Origin: an uncultured Candidatus Rokubacteria bacterium
GTDB lineage: Bacteria > Methylomirabilota > Methylomirabilia > Rokubacteriales > CSP1-6
DNA: 64,000 nucleotides
Direction: 5' to 3'
NCBI GenBank assembly: GCA_963771355.1
Contig: CAVYTA010000005.1
Span: 928,001 to 992,000, forward strand
A program made the position numbers and the translations under genes. A model generated the notes under the pieces. It had not been told where the DNA came from. It saw nothing but the letters and a program-made list of their open reading frames with translations, and searched no databases. This document shows, piece by piece, positions 33,123 to 42,780 of this stretch (positions within the stretch are counted from its first letter, which is position 1; every line of letters begins with the position of its first letter).

Positions 33123-34292
33123 ATGAACTTCGCGGATCGGATGACGCGACTGGGAACCGAGTCGGCCTTCGAGGTGCTCGCGCGTGCCAAGGCGCTCGAG
33201 CGCCAGGGCAAGGAGATCGTCCACCTCGAGATCGGCGAGCCGGACTTCGACACGCCGGCGCATATCCGCGAGGCGGGCAAGCGGGCGCTCGACGGCGGCG
33301 CCACCCACTATGGCCCGGCGGCGGGGCTGCCCGAGCTGCGCGAGGCCATCGCCAAGGACGTGGGCGCCACGCGGGGGATGCCGGTGGAGCTCGACGAGAT
33401 CGTGGTGACCCCGGGCGCCAAGCCCATCATGTACTTCGTCATCACCGCGCTGGTGAACCCGGGCGACGAGGTGATCTATCCCAACCCCGGCTTCCCCATC
33501 TATGAATCGGTGATCAATTTCGTCGGCGGCAAGGGGGTCCCGATCCCGTTGCGCGAGGAGTCCGGCTTCGGCTTCGACATGGAGCTGTTCGAGAAGAAGG
33601 TGTCGGCCAAGACCAAGCTCATCGTGATCAACTCGCCGCAGAACCCCACCGGCGGCGTGCTCGACCGGGATCAGCTCGGCCGCATCGCGGAGGCGGCGAA
33701 GAAGTACCGCATCCCCGTGCTCACCGATGAGATCTACAAGTCCTTCCTCTACGAGGGCGAGTTCGTGTCCATCACCGCGTTTCCCGGGATGAAGGACCTC
33801 ACCATCATCCTGGACGGCTTCTCGAAGTCGTACGCCATGACCGGCTGGCGTCTGGGCTACGGCGTGATGCCGCGCGATCTCGCCGACCATGTCGCGCGGC
33901 TCATGGTGAACTCCAACTCCTGTACCGCGTCGTTCACCCAGCTGGCGGGAATCGCGGCGCTCCAGGGCGATCAGCAGCCGGTGCACGCGATGGTGGCCGA
34001 GTTCAAGCGCCGCCGCGACATCATCGTGGAGGGACTCAACAGCCTGCCCGGTGTGAGCTGCCGCTCGCCCCGCGGGGCCTTCTACGTATTCCCCAACGTG
34101 AAGAAGCTGGGACGGCCCTCGGCCGAGGTGGCGGCCGCCGTGCTCAGCGAGGCGGGGGTGGCCGTGCTCGGCGGCTCCGCCTTCGGCGAGTACGGCGAAG
34201 GCTATCTGCGGCTCTCGTACGCGAACTCCGAGGCGAACATCCGCAAGGCCCTCGAGCGGATGCGTCCCGTGCTCGCCCGGCTGGCCGGCTAG
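33123..34292 (+). CDS. PLP-dependent aminotransferase class I/II (aspartate aminotransferase-like)
   Basis: IGEPDFDTP, NSPQNPTG, DEIY, GFSKSYAMTGWRLG. Confidence 0.92.
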   Translation: MNFADRMTRLGTESAFEVLARAKALERQGKEIVHLEIGEPDFDTPAHIREAGKRALDGGATHYGPAAGLPELREAIAKDVGATRGMPVELDEIVVTPGAKPIMYFVITALVNPGDEVIYPNPGFPIYESVINFVGGKGVPIPLREESGFGFDMELFEKKVSAKTKLIVINSPQNPTGGVLDRDQLGRIAEAAKKYRIPVLTDEIYKSFLYEGEFVSITAFPGMKDLTIILDGFSKSYAMTGWRLGYGVMPRDLADHVARLMVNSNSCTASFTQLAGIAALQGDQQPVHAMVAEFKRRRDIIVEGLNSLPGVSCRSPRGAFYVFPNVKKLGRPSAEVAAAVLSEAGVAVLGGSAFGEYGEGYLRLSYANSEANIRKALERMRPVLARLAG

Positions 34293-34328
34293 CCGACCAC
34301 CCGGGACGACGCCGGGCGCGCGGGCTCC

Positions 34329-34949
34329 ATGCTTTCCGTCTTCCTCCGTGGTCTGCTCATCGGCTTCTCCATCGCCGCGCCGGTGGGGCCCATCGGGCTG
34401 CTCTGCATCCGGCGCACGGTCGCCGACGGCCGAATGGTGGGCTTCGTCTCCGGACTGGGCGCGGCCACCGCGGACGCCTTCTATGGAGCGGTGGCGGGTT
34501 TCGGGCTCACGGTGGTGTCCGGGGCGCTCGTGCACGGCCAGACGCCGCTGCGGCTCGTGGGCGGGGCGTTTCTCTGCTATCTCGGCGTGCGGACCTTTCT
34601 GGCCCGTCCCGCCCAGACCGCGGCGGTGGCCGGCCGCCGGGGGCTGCTGGGCGCCTATGCCTCCACCCTGGCTCTCACCCTGACCAACCCGTCGACCATT
34701 CTCTCGTTCGTGGCGATCTTCGCGGGGCTGGGCCTGGGAAGCGGCGGATCGAACTACGCGAGCGCGGGCCTGCTGGTGGCGGGGGTCTTCATCGGCTCCG
34801 CGCTCTGGTGGCTGATCCTGAGTGGTACGGCGGGAGTGCTACGAGGACGGCTGACCCCGCTAGGCCTGCGCTGGATGAACCGGCTCTCCGCCGTCATCCT
34901 CGCCGGCTTCGGGGTCGCCGCCCTCGTATCCGTGTGGCCCGGAGGCTAG
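34329..34949 (+). CDS. LysE family translocator
   Basis: AAPVGPIG, GLGAATAD, TLTNP. Confidence 0.9.
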   Translation: MLSVFLRGLLIGFSIAAPVGPIGLLCIRRTVADGRMVGFVSGLGAATADAFYGAVAGFGLTVVSGALVHGQTPLRLVGGAFLCYLGVRTFLARPAQTAAVAGRRGLLGAYASTLALTLTNPSTILSFVAIFAGLGLGSGGSNYASAGLLVAGVFIGSALWWLILSGTAGVLRGRLTPLGLRWMNRLSAVILAGFGVAALVSVWPGG

Positions 34950-35536
34950 CCCAGGCGCCCGCGGCTCTCCTCGAAGCGGCGCTCCACCGCATCCCAGTTC
35001 ACGTTCTCCAGGAACGCCTCGATGTAGTCCTTCCGGCCGCCGGCCCCATGATCGACCATGTAGGCGTGCTCCCACACGTCCATCACCAGGATGGGCGTGA
35101 ACCCGGCCGGATGCCCCAGCTCATGATCGCTCACCCACCAGTTGAAGAGATGGCCGGTGCCGGGATCGTGATAGAGAATCGCCCAGCCCACTCCGCGAAT
35201 CTCGCCGGTGTGGGCGAAATCTTCCTTCCACATTTCCAGGTCCTTCCAGGTCGCGTCGAGCGCCTGGATGAGCTTGCCGCGCGGGCGAAGGGTCGTGCCC
35301 GCCTTGAGGTTCTCGAAGTAGTACTCGTGCAGCACGACGCCGTTGAGCTCGAAGCCGGCGCGGCGCTTGAGCTCTGCCCAGGGGCGGGATCCGGGTTCCG
35401 CTCCCGCGATCTCGGCGATGAGCTCGTTGACGTTCTTCACATAGCCGCGGTAGAGCTCCCAGTGCTGCTCGATCTGATCGCTCGAGATCCCCTTCAGGTT
35501 TTGCGGCTTGAGTGCGTCCTTGGCTTTATAGGGCAT
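34946..35536 (-). CDS. Fe/Mn superoxide dismutase family protein
   Basis: HWELY, LHEYYFENL, DVWEHAY. Confidence 0.88.
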   Translation of the reverse strand: MPYKAKDALKPQNLKGISSDQIEQHWELYRGYVKNVNELIAEIAGAEPGSRPWAELKRRAGFELNGVVLHEYYFENLKAGTTLRPRGKLIQALDATWKDLEMWKEDFAHTGEIRGVGWAILYHDPGTGHLFNWWVSDHELGHPAGFTPILVMDVWEHAYMVDHGAGGRKDYIEAFLENVNWDAVERRFEESRGRLG

Positions 35537-35551
35537 AACGGTCTCCCTTTC

Positions 35552-35701
35552 TCATACGGGTCGGCGCCCCTGGATCACCCGGACCAGGACCACCACGACG
35601 GCGGCGACGAGCAAGATATGGACGAAGCCGCTGAGAGTGTAGGAGGTGACCAGACCAACGGCCCACAGGAGCAGCAGGACAACCGCCAATGTCTCAAGCA
35701 T
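35552..35701 (-). CDS. lmo0937-family small membrane protein (49 aa, absent from ORF track)
   Basis: MLETLAVVLLLLWAVGLVTSYTLSGFVHILLVAAVVVVLVRVIQGRRPV; AGGAGG RBS. Confidence 0.82.
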   Translation of the reverse strand: MLETLAVVLLLLWAVGLVTSYTLSGFVHILLVAAVVVVLVRVIQGRRPV

Positions 35702-35728
35702 GGCAAATCCTCCTTGCCCGCGTGCGAA

Positions 35729-35744
35729 CGCAAGGGCCGTGCCC
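35729..35744 (-). promoter_or_regulatory. Sigma54 (-24/-12) promoter
   Basis: GGGCACGGCCCTTGCG (GG-N10-GC) placed just upstream of the RBS of the 35701 gene. Confidence 0.6.
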
Positions 35745-35868
35745 GGAGGGAGGGAGATCAGATTCGCTCGGAATCACGCAGAGTTCTGGCGCCGATTGGC
35801 TTGCGACGCGCGGGTAGGACTTACCTGCCATGGACAAATCGGACCGCCTGTTGAAGAATGCGGAGGCC

Positions 35869-37527
35869 ATGCCCACCGTCGCCGAGCTCATCGTCTCCGC
35901 ACTGGTCCGCGCGGGCGTCGCGCGTCTGTTCGGCGTGCCCGGAGGGGGCTCCAACCTCGAGGTGCTCGAGGCGGCGCGCGTGCAAGGGTTACCCTTCGTG
36001 CTCTGCCATCAGGAGTGGGCGGCCTGCCTCATGGCCGCGGTGACCGGCGAGCTGACGGGTCGGCCCGGTGCCGTGCTCTCCACGCTCGGACCCGGCGTCA
36101 CCGCCAGCGCCACCGGGCTGGCGCACGCGCTGCTCGACCGTTCGCCGCTCATCTATCTGAGCGACCGGCATCCGGACAAGGCCCTGACGTTCACCACGCA
36201 TCAGACGGTGGATCACGCGGCCCACGCGGGCGCGGTCGCGAAGGGGACGGTGACGGTGACGCCGGAGTCCGCGGGCCACTGGGTGGCGCATGCGGTACAG
36301 CTGGCCCTCGCGGAGCCGCGCGGGCCGGTGCATCTGGACCTTCCCGCCGACGTCGCCGACCGCGAGGCGCTGCCGGTGGCGACGAGCGTGACGCCGGCGC
36401 TTCCCGCGCGTCCCGATGACGCCGCGCTGGCACGCGCGGCGGTGCTGATTCGCGGCGCGCGGCGGCCCGTGATCCTGGCCGGGCTGGGCTGCCGCTCCGC
36501 GGACACGAAGTGGCTGCGCGCCTTCGCCGAGGCCTTGCCCGCCCCCGTGCTGACCACCTACAAGGCCAAGGGCGCGCTCGCCGACCCGCACCCGCTCGCG
36601 ATGGGCGTGGTCACGGGCGGCGCCCTGGAGGAGCCCTTCGTCCGCCAGGCCGACCTCATCATCGCCTTTGGCCTGGACACGGTGGAGCTGATCCCCCGCG
36701 CCTGGCCGTACACCGCCCCGGTGCTCAATCTCACCCGTTGCGCGTCGGACGCCGCGGGGCTGCGCGCGCCCGGCGGCGGCGCCTATTTCACCCCGGCCGC
36801 CGAGGTGGTGGGGGACCTCGGGACCATTCTGGAGGATCTGGCTCCACGCCTGGCGGGCGCCGCTTCCGCGGACTGGGACGTGGCCGCGGTGGACCGCTGG
36901 CGCCGCGAGCGCCGCGCCGCGCTCGAGGTGACGGTATCCGGCCTGGCTCCGCATCGGGTGGTGCAGCTCGCGCGCGAGCTCACGCCGGAGGGCACCATCG
37001 CCACGGTGGACGCGGGCGCCCACATGTTCCCCACCACCGCCTACTGGGACGCCACCGAGCTGGGCGAATGCCTCATCTCCAACGGGCTGGCCACCATGGG
37101 CTTCGCCTTGCCGGCGGCCATCGCCGCCCAGCTCGTCCACCCGGACCGGCGCGTCGTGTGCTTTACCGGCGACGGCGGCCTCATGATGGTGGCCGCCGAG
37201 CTGGAGACGGTCGCGCGGCTGCGGTTGCCCCTCCTCATCGTGGTGTTCGACGACCAGGCGCTGTCGCTCATCGACGTGAAGCAGATGCAGCGCGGCCTCG
37301 CGGGCACCTCCATGCGCTACGCGGGACCGGACCTGGCCGCGCTGGCGCGCGCGTTCGGCATCCGCGCGTGGATCGCGGAGGACGAGACGACGTTCCGCAA
37401 CGCGCTCGTCGCCGCGCAGGCCTCCGCGGCCCCCGCGCTCATCGCCGCGCGCATCGACGCCTCCGGCTATCTCAAGACGCTGGAGATCGTCCGCGGCGCC
37501 GGCCCCGTCGCCTCTCGCCAACCCTGA
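35869..37527 (+). CDS. Thiamine pyrophosphate-binding protein (acetolactate synthase-like)
   Basis: FGVPGG, GPVHLDLP, NGLATMGFALP, GDGG motif. Confidence 0.88.
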   Translation: MPTVAELIVSALVRAGVARLFGVPGGGSNLEVLEAARVQGLPFVLCHQEWAACLMAAVTGELTGRPGAVLSTLGPGVTASATGLAHALLDRSPLIYLSDRHPDKALTFTTHQTVDHAAHAGAVAKGTVTVTPESAGHWVAHAVQLALAEPRGPVHLDLPADVADREALPVATSVTPALPARPDDAALARAAVLIRGARRPVILAGLGCRSADTKWLRAFAEALPAPVLTTYKAKGALADPHPLAMGVVTGGALEEPFVRQADLIIAFGLDTVELIPRAWPYTAPVLNLTRCASDAAGLRAPGGGAYFTPAAEVVGDLGTILEDLAPRLAGAASADWDVAAVDRWRRERRAALEVTVSGLAPHRVVQLARELTPEGTIATVDAGAHMFPTTAYWDATELGECLISNGLATMGFALPAAIAAQLVHPDRRVVCFTGDGGLMMVAAELETVARLRLPLLIVVFDDQALSLIDVKQMQRGLAGTSMRYAGPDLAALARAFGIRAWIAEDETTFRNALVAAQASAAPALIAARIDASGYLKTLEIVRGAGPVASRQP

Positions 37528-37539
37528 TATACTCGCCCC

Positions 37540-38199
37540 ATGCCATTCCTCTCCGCGGCCGACGAGCAGGCGGTGCGTCAGGAGTTCGAGAAGCTGAAGG
37601 GCCCGGTGAAGATCACCGTGTTTGCCTCCGAGCTGGGTGGCGAGAACAACCAGCAGACGGTGGCGCTGGTCCGGGAGGTCGCCGCGCTGTCGGATCAGAT
37701 CTCGGTGCAGGTGCTCAACCCGCTCATCGAGCGCGAGCAGGCCCAGGCCTATGGCGTGGACGTGACGCCGGCCCTGGCGGTGGAAGGCGCGGCGGACTAT
37801 GGCATCCGCTTCCTCGGCCTCCCCGCCGGCTACGAGTTCGCCAACCTCATCGATTCGATCATCGTCGCCTCGACCGGCGAGCCGGCCCTCAGCACGGCCA
37901 CCCGGGACGCGCTGGACGGCCTCGGCGCGGACGTGACGATCAAGGTCTTCACCACGCCGACCTGACCCCACTGTCCCCGGGCCGTGCGCCTGGCGCAGCA
38001 CATGGCGGTGGCGTCGAGCAGGGTGCGGGCCGAGTGCATCGAGGCCACCGAGTTCCCGGAAATGGCCCAGCGCTACCGCGTGATGGCGGTGCCCAAGATC
38101 GTGATCAACGACCGCGTCCAGTTCGAGGGGGCGCTGCCGGAGCCGCAATTCCTCGCCGCCGTGCTCGAGGCCGCGGGTGGCGAGGCGGCGAAGGGCTAG
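37540..38199 (+). CDS. Candidate selenoprotein: protein-disulfide oxidoreductase (AhpF-NTD-like double thioredoxin fold), U-P-H-C
   Basis: ORFs 37540..37965 and 37984..38199 are in frame across TGA 37963-37965: VFTTPT-U-PHCPRAV; also GLPAGYEF and MAVPKIVIN. Confidence 0.85.
37981..38006 (+). promoter_or_regulatory. Candidate bacterial SECIS hairpin
   Basis: GCCGTG/CATGGC outer pairing with an inner CGC-CTG-GCG stem-loop, 15 nt after the TGA. Confidence 0.45.
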
Positions 38200-38209
38200 C
38201 GACGCCCCC

Positions 38210-38665
38210 GTGGCCGCGGTGAGCGTGCCGCGGATCACACCTTCCGGCCGGGCGTGGCATCCGCTCACCGCCGCGCTGGATCTTCTCTTCACGTACGGCA
38301 CCCTCATGCGCGGCTTCCGCCTGCACGACCTGCTAGAAGAGCGCGCCGAGTGGGTAGGGGAGGGACGCGTCATGGGACGGCTCATCGACCTGGGCCGCTA
38401 TCCTGGCGCCCTGGCGGATGACCGAGCGGTGATCCACGGTGAGGTGTATCGGCTCCGTGCGGCCGAGCACTGGACGGCGCTGGACTCCGCGGAAGGACCC
38501 CAGTATCATCGCAGCCGGGTCGCTGTCCGGATGGCGGACGGGCGATCGGTCGAGGCCTACATGTACTGGTATCGCGGACCGCTCGATCGGGGCCTGCCCA
38601 TTCCCGGCGGCGACTACCGGGCGCATGCGCCCGCGCGTTCCATTCACCGTCACGCCACACTCTAG
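38210..38665 (+). CDS. Gamma-glutamylcyclotransferase (AIG2-like) family protein; start uncertain
   Basis: FTYGTLM, YPG, GEVY, LDSAEG..Y.R. Confidence 0.82.
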   Translation: MAAVSVPRITPSGRAWHPLTAALDLLFTYGTLMRGFRLHDLLEERAEWVGEGRVMGRLIDLGRYPGALADDRAVIHGEVYRLRAAEHWTALDSAEGPQYHRSRVAVRMADGRSVEAYMYWYRGPLDRGLPIPGGDYRAHAPARSIHRHATL

Positions 38666-38675
38666 GAGACAGCCG

Positions 38676-40031
38676 ATGCCGCTCGAGCCCGCGCAGCTCA
38701 TCAAGGACGACCAGGATCATCTCATCCACCCGCTCCACCACCCGAGCGACCATCTCGAGCCGATGGTCTACGTGCGCGGGCGGGGCGCCATGGTCACCGA
38801 CATCCAGGGGCGCGACTACATCGACGGCCTCGCGGGGCTCTGGAACGTCAATGTCGGCCACGGGCGCGAGGAGCTGGGGAAGGCGGCCGCCGACCAGATG
38901 GGCGAGCTGGCCTACTACTCCTGCTACACGGGCTCGTCGAACGTGCCGGCCATCCAGCTCGCCGACAAGCTCATCGAGCTCGCGCCGAAGAACATGCAGG
39001 CGGTGTTCTTCACCTCGGGCGGCGCCGAATCCAACGAGTCTGCGTTCAAGACCGCGCGCTTCTACTGGAAGGCCAAGGGCAAGCCGGACAAGATCAAGAT
39101 CATCTCGCGCATCAACGCCTACCACGGGGTGACGCTGCAGGCGATGAGCGCCACCGGCATGGCGCCCTACTGGAAGATGTTCGAGCCGCGGGTGCCCGGC
39201 TTCATCCACATCCCGACGTGCTATCCGTATCGTCAGGAGGGCGCCAAGCCCGGCGAGACGGCGGGGCAGACCGCGGCACGGCTCCTCGAGGAGGCCATCC
39301 TGCGCGAGGGGCCGGACACGGTGGCCGCCTTCATCGCCGAGCCCATCCACGGCGGCGGCGGCGTCATCTATCCCACCGACGACTACTTCCCGCTGGTGCG
39401 GCAGGTCTGCGACCGGCACCAGGTGCTCTTCATCGCCGACGAGGTCATCACCGGCTTTTGCCGCACCGGGAAGTGGTTCGCCATGGAGCACTGGAAGGTG
39501 AACCCGGACATCCTCTCCTTTGCCAAGGGCGTGTCGTCGGGCTATCTCCCGCTCGGCGGCATCATGGTCTCCAAGGCCATCAAGGAGGCCATGGATACCG
39601 TGAAGCTCGAGGATCGCTGGATGCATGCCTACACCTACTCGGGGCATCCCACCTGTTGCGCGGTGGGGATCAAGAACATCGAGATCATGGAGAAGGAGCG
39701 GCTCTGGGAGCGCGCGGCGGTGATGGGCAAGCGGCTCCACGAGGGGCTGCACGCCGCCTTCGACGATCACCCGAACCTGGGCGACATCCGCTCCGGCAAG
39801 GGGCTGCTCGCCGCGGTCGAGCTGGTGGAGGACAAGGCCACCAAGAAGATGTTCGACCCGGACAAGAAGATCGGGCCGCGCCTCATGCAGGAGATGACCA
39901 AGCGCGGGCTGGTCACGCGGGCGCGCCTGGAGAACATCTTCTTCTCGCCGCCGCTGGTCATCACCGAGGCCGAGCTCGACCGGATGATCTCGATCACCCG
40001 CGACGCCGTCAAGGCCGTTACCGGCAAGTAG
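38676..40031 (+). CDS. Aminotransferase class III (omega-amino acid transaminase)
   Basis: DGLAGLWNVNVGHGR, AFIAEP, ADEVITGF, AKGVSSGY, HAYTYSGHP. Confidence 0.92.
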   Translation: MPLEPAQLIKDDQDHLIHPLHHPSDHLEPMVYVRGRGAMVTDIQGRDYIDGLAGLWNVNVGHGREELGKAAADQMGELAYYSCYTGSSNVPAIQLADKLIELAPKNMQAVFFTSGGAESNESAFKTARFYWKAKGKPDKIKIISRINAYHGVTLQAMSATGMAPYWKMFEPRVPGFIHIPTCYPYRQEGAKPGETAGQTAARLLEEAILREGPDTVAAFIAEPIHGGGGVIYPTDDYFPLVRQVCDRHQVLFIADEVITGFCRTGKWFAMEHWKVNPDILSFAKGVSSGYLPLGGIMVSKAIKEAMDTVKLEDRWMHAYTYSGHPTCCAVGIKNIEIMEKERLWERAAVMGKRLHEGLHAAFDDHPNLGDIRSGKGLLAAVELVEDKATKKMFDPDKKIGPRLMQEMTKRGLVTRARLENIFFSPPLVITEAELDRMISITRDAVKAVTGK

Positions 40032-40038
40032 GCCGTCC

Positions 40039-40066
40039 GCCCTCTCCCCCGGCCGGGGGAGAGGGC
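40039..40066. repeat. Perfect 28-bp intergenic palindrome (REP-like)
   Basis: GCCCTCTCCCCCGGCCGGGGGAGAGGGC; no U-tract. Confidence 0.7.
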
Positions 40067-40084
40067 CGGGTAGGGGGTCCGTCC

Positions 40085-41614
40085 ATGCGTGCCGCTCTCG
40101 CTCGGATCCTGGCGCTCGGCGCCGTCCTCGTCTTGCTGGGCCCGAGCGATGCCGGCGCCGCGCCCGAGGGCACGCTCACCTTCGCGCTGCACTTCAGCCC
40201 CGTGAACCGCTGGCTGGATCCCGCCGAGGGTGAGAGCACCATCACCCCGTATCTGCTGCTCTACGCGCTCCACGACGGGCTGGTGAAGCCCATGCCGGGA
40301 AGCGGCTCCGCGCCGAGCCTGGCCGAGTCCTGGTCCATGACGAAGGATGGGCTGTCCGCGGAGTTCCTCCTCCGCCAGGGCGTCAAGTTCCATCACGGCG
40401 AGCCGGTGACCGCCGACGACGTGAAGTTCTCCTTCGAGCGCTACCGCGGCGGCGCCGCCAAGGTCCTCAAGGACAACGTGAAGGAGATCCAGGTCCTCGG
40501 ACCCCAGCGCGTGCGCTTCGTCTTCAAGGAGCCGTGGCCGGACTTCCCCGCCTTCTACGGCACCTTCGTGGCCAGCGCGGGCTGGGTCGTGCCCAGAAAA
40601 TACGTGGAGCAGGTGGGCGAGGAGGGCTTCCGCAAGGCGCCGGTGGGCGCGGGGCCCTACAAGTTCGTGAGCTTCAAGCCGGGCGTGGAGCTGGTGCTGG
40701 AGGCCTTCGAGGGCTACTGGCGCAAGACGCCCTCCATCAAGCGCCTGGTGTTCCGCAGCCTGCCCGACGAGACCACGCGGGCGGCCGCGCTCAAGGCCGG
40801 TGAGGTGGACGTGGCCTTTCTCCTGAGTGGGCCCGTGGCCGACGATGTCCGCAAGACGCCCGGGCTGCGCCTGGTGGCGCCGCTCCTCGGCATCTTCTGG
40901 CTGGATTTCCCCGACCAATGGGACCCGAAGTCCCCGTGGGCGGACAAGCGCGTCCGGCTCGCCGCCAGCCTCGCCATCGACCGGCAGGCCCTCAACCAGG
41001 CCGAGACGCTAGGCCTCTCGCGCCCGACCGGCAGCATCGTGCCGCGCGACTTCGAGTTCGCGCTGCCATTCGAGCCGCATCCCCACGATCCCAGGCGCGC
41101 GCGCCAGCTCCTCGCCGAGGCCGGCTATCCGCAGGGCTTCGACGGCGGCGAGATCGCGCCCTTCCCCCCGTACAACGCCATGGGGGAGGCCATCATGGGC
41201 TGGCTCCAGGCCGTCGGCATCCGCACGCGCATGCGCAGCATGGAGCGCGCCGCCTTCATGACCGCGTGGCGGGAGAAGAAGCTGCGAGGCGTGGTGCTGA
41301 CCATCAGCGGCGTATCCGGAAACGCGGCGACGCGGCTGGAGTCCTTCGTGACCGCCAGCGGGGCCTTCGCCTTCGGCTCCCTGCCCGAGGTGAACGACCT
41401 CTTCGCGCGGCAGCAACGGGAGCTGGACCGGAAGAAGCGCGAGGCGCTGCTCCACCAGCTCCAGCGCATCCTCCACGAGCAGGTCACCCAGGCGCCGGTC
41501 TATCATCTGGGTTTTCCCACCGGGCTGGGGCCGCGAGTGGAAGACATCCTCACCGGAGCCATTCCCGGCTTCTACATGGCTCCGTTCGAGGATCTGCGGC
41601 TCCGGCGGCCGTGA
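40085..41614 (+). CDS. ABC transporter substrate-binding protein, family 5
   Basis: PSLAESW, LRQGVKFH.GEPVTADDVKFS, PVGAGPY, DKRVRLA. Confidence 0.9.
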   Translation: MRAALARILALGAVLVLLGPSDAGAAPEGTLTFALHFSPVNRWLDPAEGESTITPYLLLYALHDGLVKPMPGSGSAPSLAESWSMTKDGLSAEFLLRQGVKFHHGEPVTADDVKFSFERYRGGAAKVLKDNVKEIQVLGPQRVRFVFKEPWPDFPAFYGTFVASAGWVVPRKYVEQVGEEGFRKAPVGAGPYKFVSFKPGVELVLEAFEGYWRKTPSIKRLVFRSLPDETTRAAALKAGEVDVAFLLSGPVADDVRKTPGLRLVAPLLGIFWLDFPDQWDPKSPWADKRVRLAASLAIDRQALNQAETLGLSRPTGSIVPRDFEFALPFEPHPHDPRRARQLLAEAGYPQGFDGGEIAPFPPYNAMGEAIMGWLQAVGIRTRMRSMERAAFMTAWREKKLRGVVLTISGVSGNAATRLESFVTASGAFAFGSLPEVNDLFARQQRELDRKKREALLHQLQRILHEQVTQAPVYHLGFPTGLGPRVEDILTGAIPGFYMAPFEDLRLRRP

Positions 41615-41624
41615 GCCGACGGCG

Positions 41625-42704
41625 CTAGCGGCGCCGGTACTTCTCCAGCGCCCCCGGAGCCAGCGCCATGCCGTGGCCCGGCCGGTCGGAGATGCGGAAG
41701 ACGCCGCCCTCGCAGCGCGGCAGCTCCTCGAAGAGGTCCGACGGCGCCCAGTCCATCAGCTCCACCAGGAACCCGTTGCTGAGCGCCCCCACCACGTGGA
41801 GCGAGAGCTCGTGCACCACGTGCGGCGAGATGGGCACGCCGTGGGCAGCGGCCAGGTGACCGATGCGCAGAGTCTCCGAGTAGCCGTTGGCACGGCCCAC
41901 GTCGGGCATGAGGTAGCGGGCGGCGCGCTGCTCGATGAGCTCGCGGAACTCGTAGCGGGAATAGGCATTCTCGCCGGTAGCTACCGGGATACGGATGGAG
42001 CGGGCGACCTCGGCGCAGGCGGCGATGTCGTCCGCGAGGACCGGCTCCTCGTACCAGACGAGATCGAGATCCTCCAGCATCTGCGCCTGGCGGATGTTGC
42101 CGACCACGTCGAGCTTCTGGTTCACGTCGACCATGAGCCGGACGCCGTCCCCCACCGCCTTCTTCACTGCCTCGATGCGCCGCCGGTTTTCCCGAGGGTC
42201 CGGATGGTGGATCTTCATCTTGTAGTAGCGGCAGCCGCGCCCAACGTACTTCTTGGCCTCCTGAATGAGGTCCTCGATCGCGTACTTGCCCCAGCCTCCG
42301 CTGCCGTAGGCCTCGGCGCGGTCCGTGTAGCCGCCCCAGAGCTTGTACAGGGGCAGGCGCGCCACCTTGCCCGCCACGTCCCAGAGGCCGATGTCCAGCG
42401 CGGACAGCGCGTAGGCCGCGATGCCCTGGCGCTTGATGCCCCGATCGGCGCGGTACATCCGCTCCCAGTGCTTCTCGACCAGAAGGGGGTCTTCCCCGAT
42501 GAGCAGCGGCTTGAGCCGCGTCTCCAGATAGACCTGGATCGCCTCGGCGCCCCCGCCGCCGAAGGCCAGGGTGTAGCCCAGCCCGCTCACGCCCGCGTCG
42601 GTGTGGATGAAGGTCGCGACCATGCGATGGTCCGCGAACTCGAGGGACATGGGGCGTCCGCAGGGCAGGACGAGGACGGCGCTCTCGATGGCGGTGATCT
42701 TCAT
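41625..42704 (-). CDS. Mandelate racemase/muconate lactonizing enzyme family
   Basis: SALDIGLWD, KMK, MVDVN, WYEEP, ATGEN, SPH. Confidence 0.9.
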   Translation of the reverse strand: MKITAIESAVLVLPCGRPMSLEFADHRMVATFIHTDAGVSGLGYTLAFGGGGAEAIQVYLETRLKPLLIGEDPLLVEKHWERMYRADRGIKRQGIAAYALSALDIGLWDVAGKVARLPLYKLWGGYTDRAEAYGSGGWGKYAIEDLIQEAKKYVGRGCRYYKMKIHHPDPRENRRRIEAVKKAVGDGVRLMVDVNQKLDVVGNIRQAQMLEDLDLVWYEEPVLADDIAACAEVARSIRIPVATGENAYSRYEFRELIEQRAARYLMPDVGRANGYSETLRIGHLAAAHGVPISPHVVHELSLHVVGALSNGFLVELMDWAPSDLFEELPRCEGGVFRISDRPGHGMALAPGALEKYRRR

Positions 42705-42732
42705 GGCGTGAGGATCATACGGGGGCGGGGGG

Positions 42733-42763
42733 TTGCTTGGCTACTCGTCTTGTGTTTAGTATA
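42733..42763 (+). promoter_or_regulatory. Sigma70-type promoter carrying a motif shared with 46463-46494
   Basis: TTGCTT...CTCGTCTTGTGTTTAGTATA. Confidence 0.55.
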
Positions 42764-42780
42764 TCGTCGGAGGGCCCCCA

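Noticed and set aside
40039..40066. Rho-independent terminator
   Set aside because: Strong palindrome but no U-tract on either strand; kept as a REP-like repeat.
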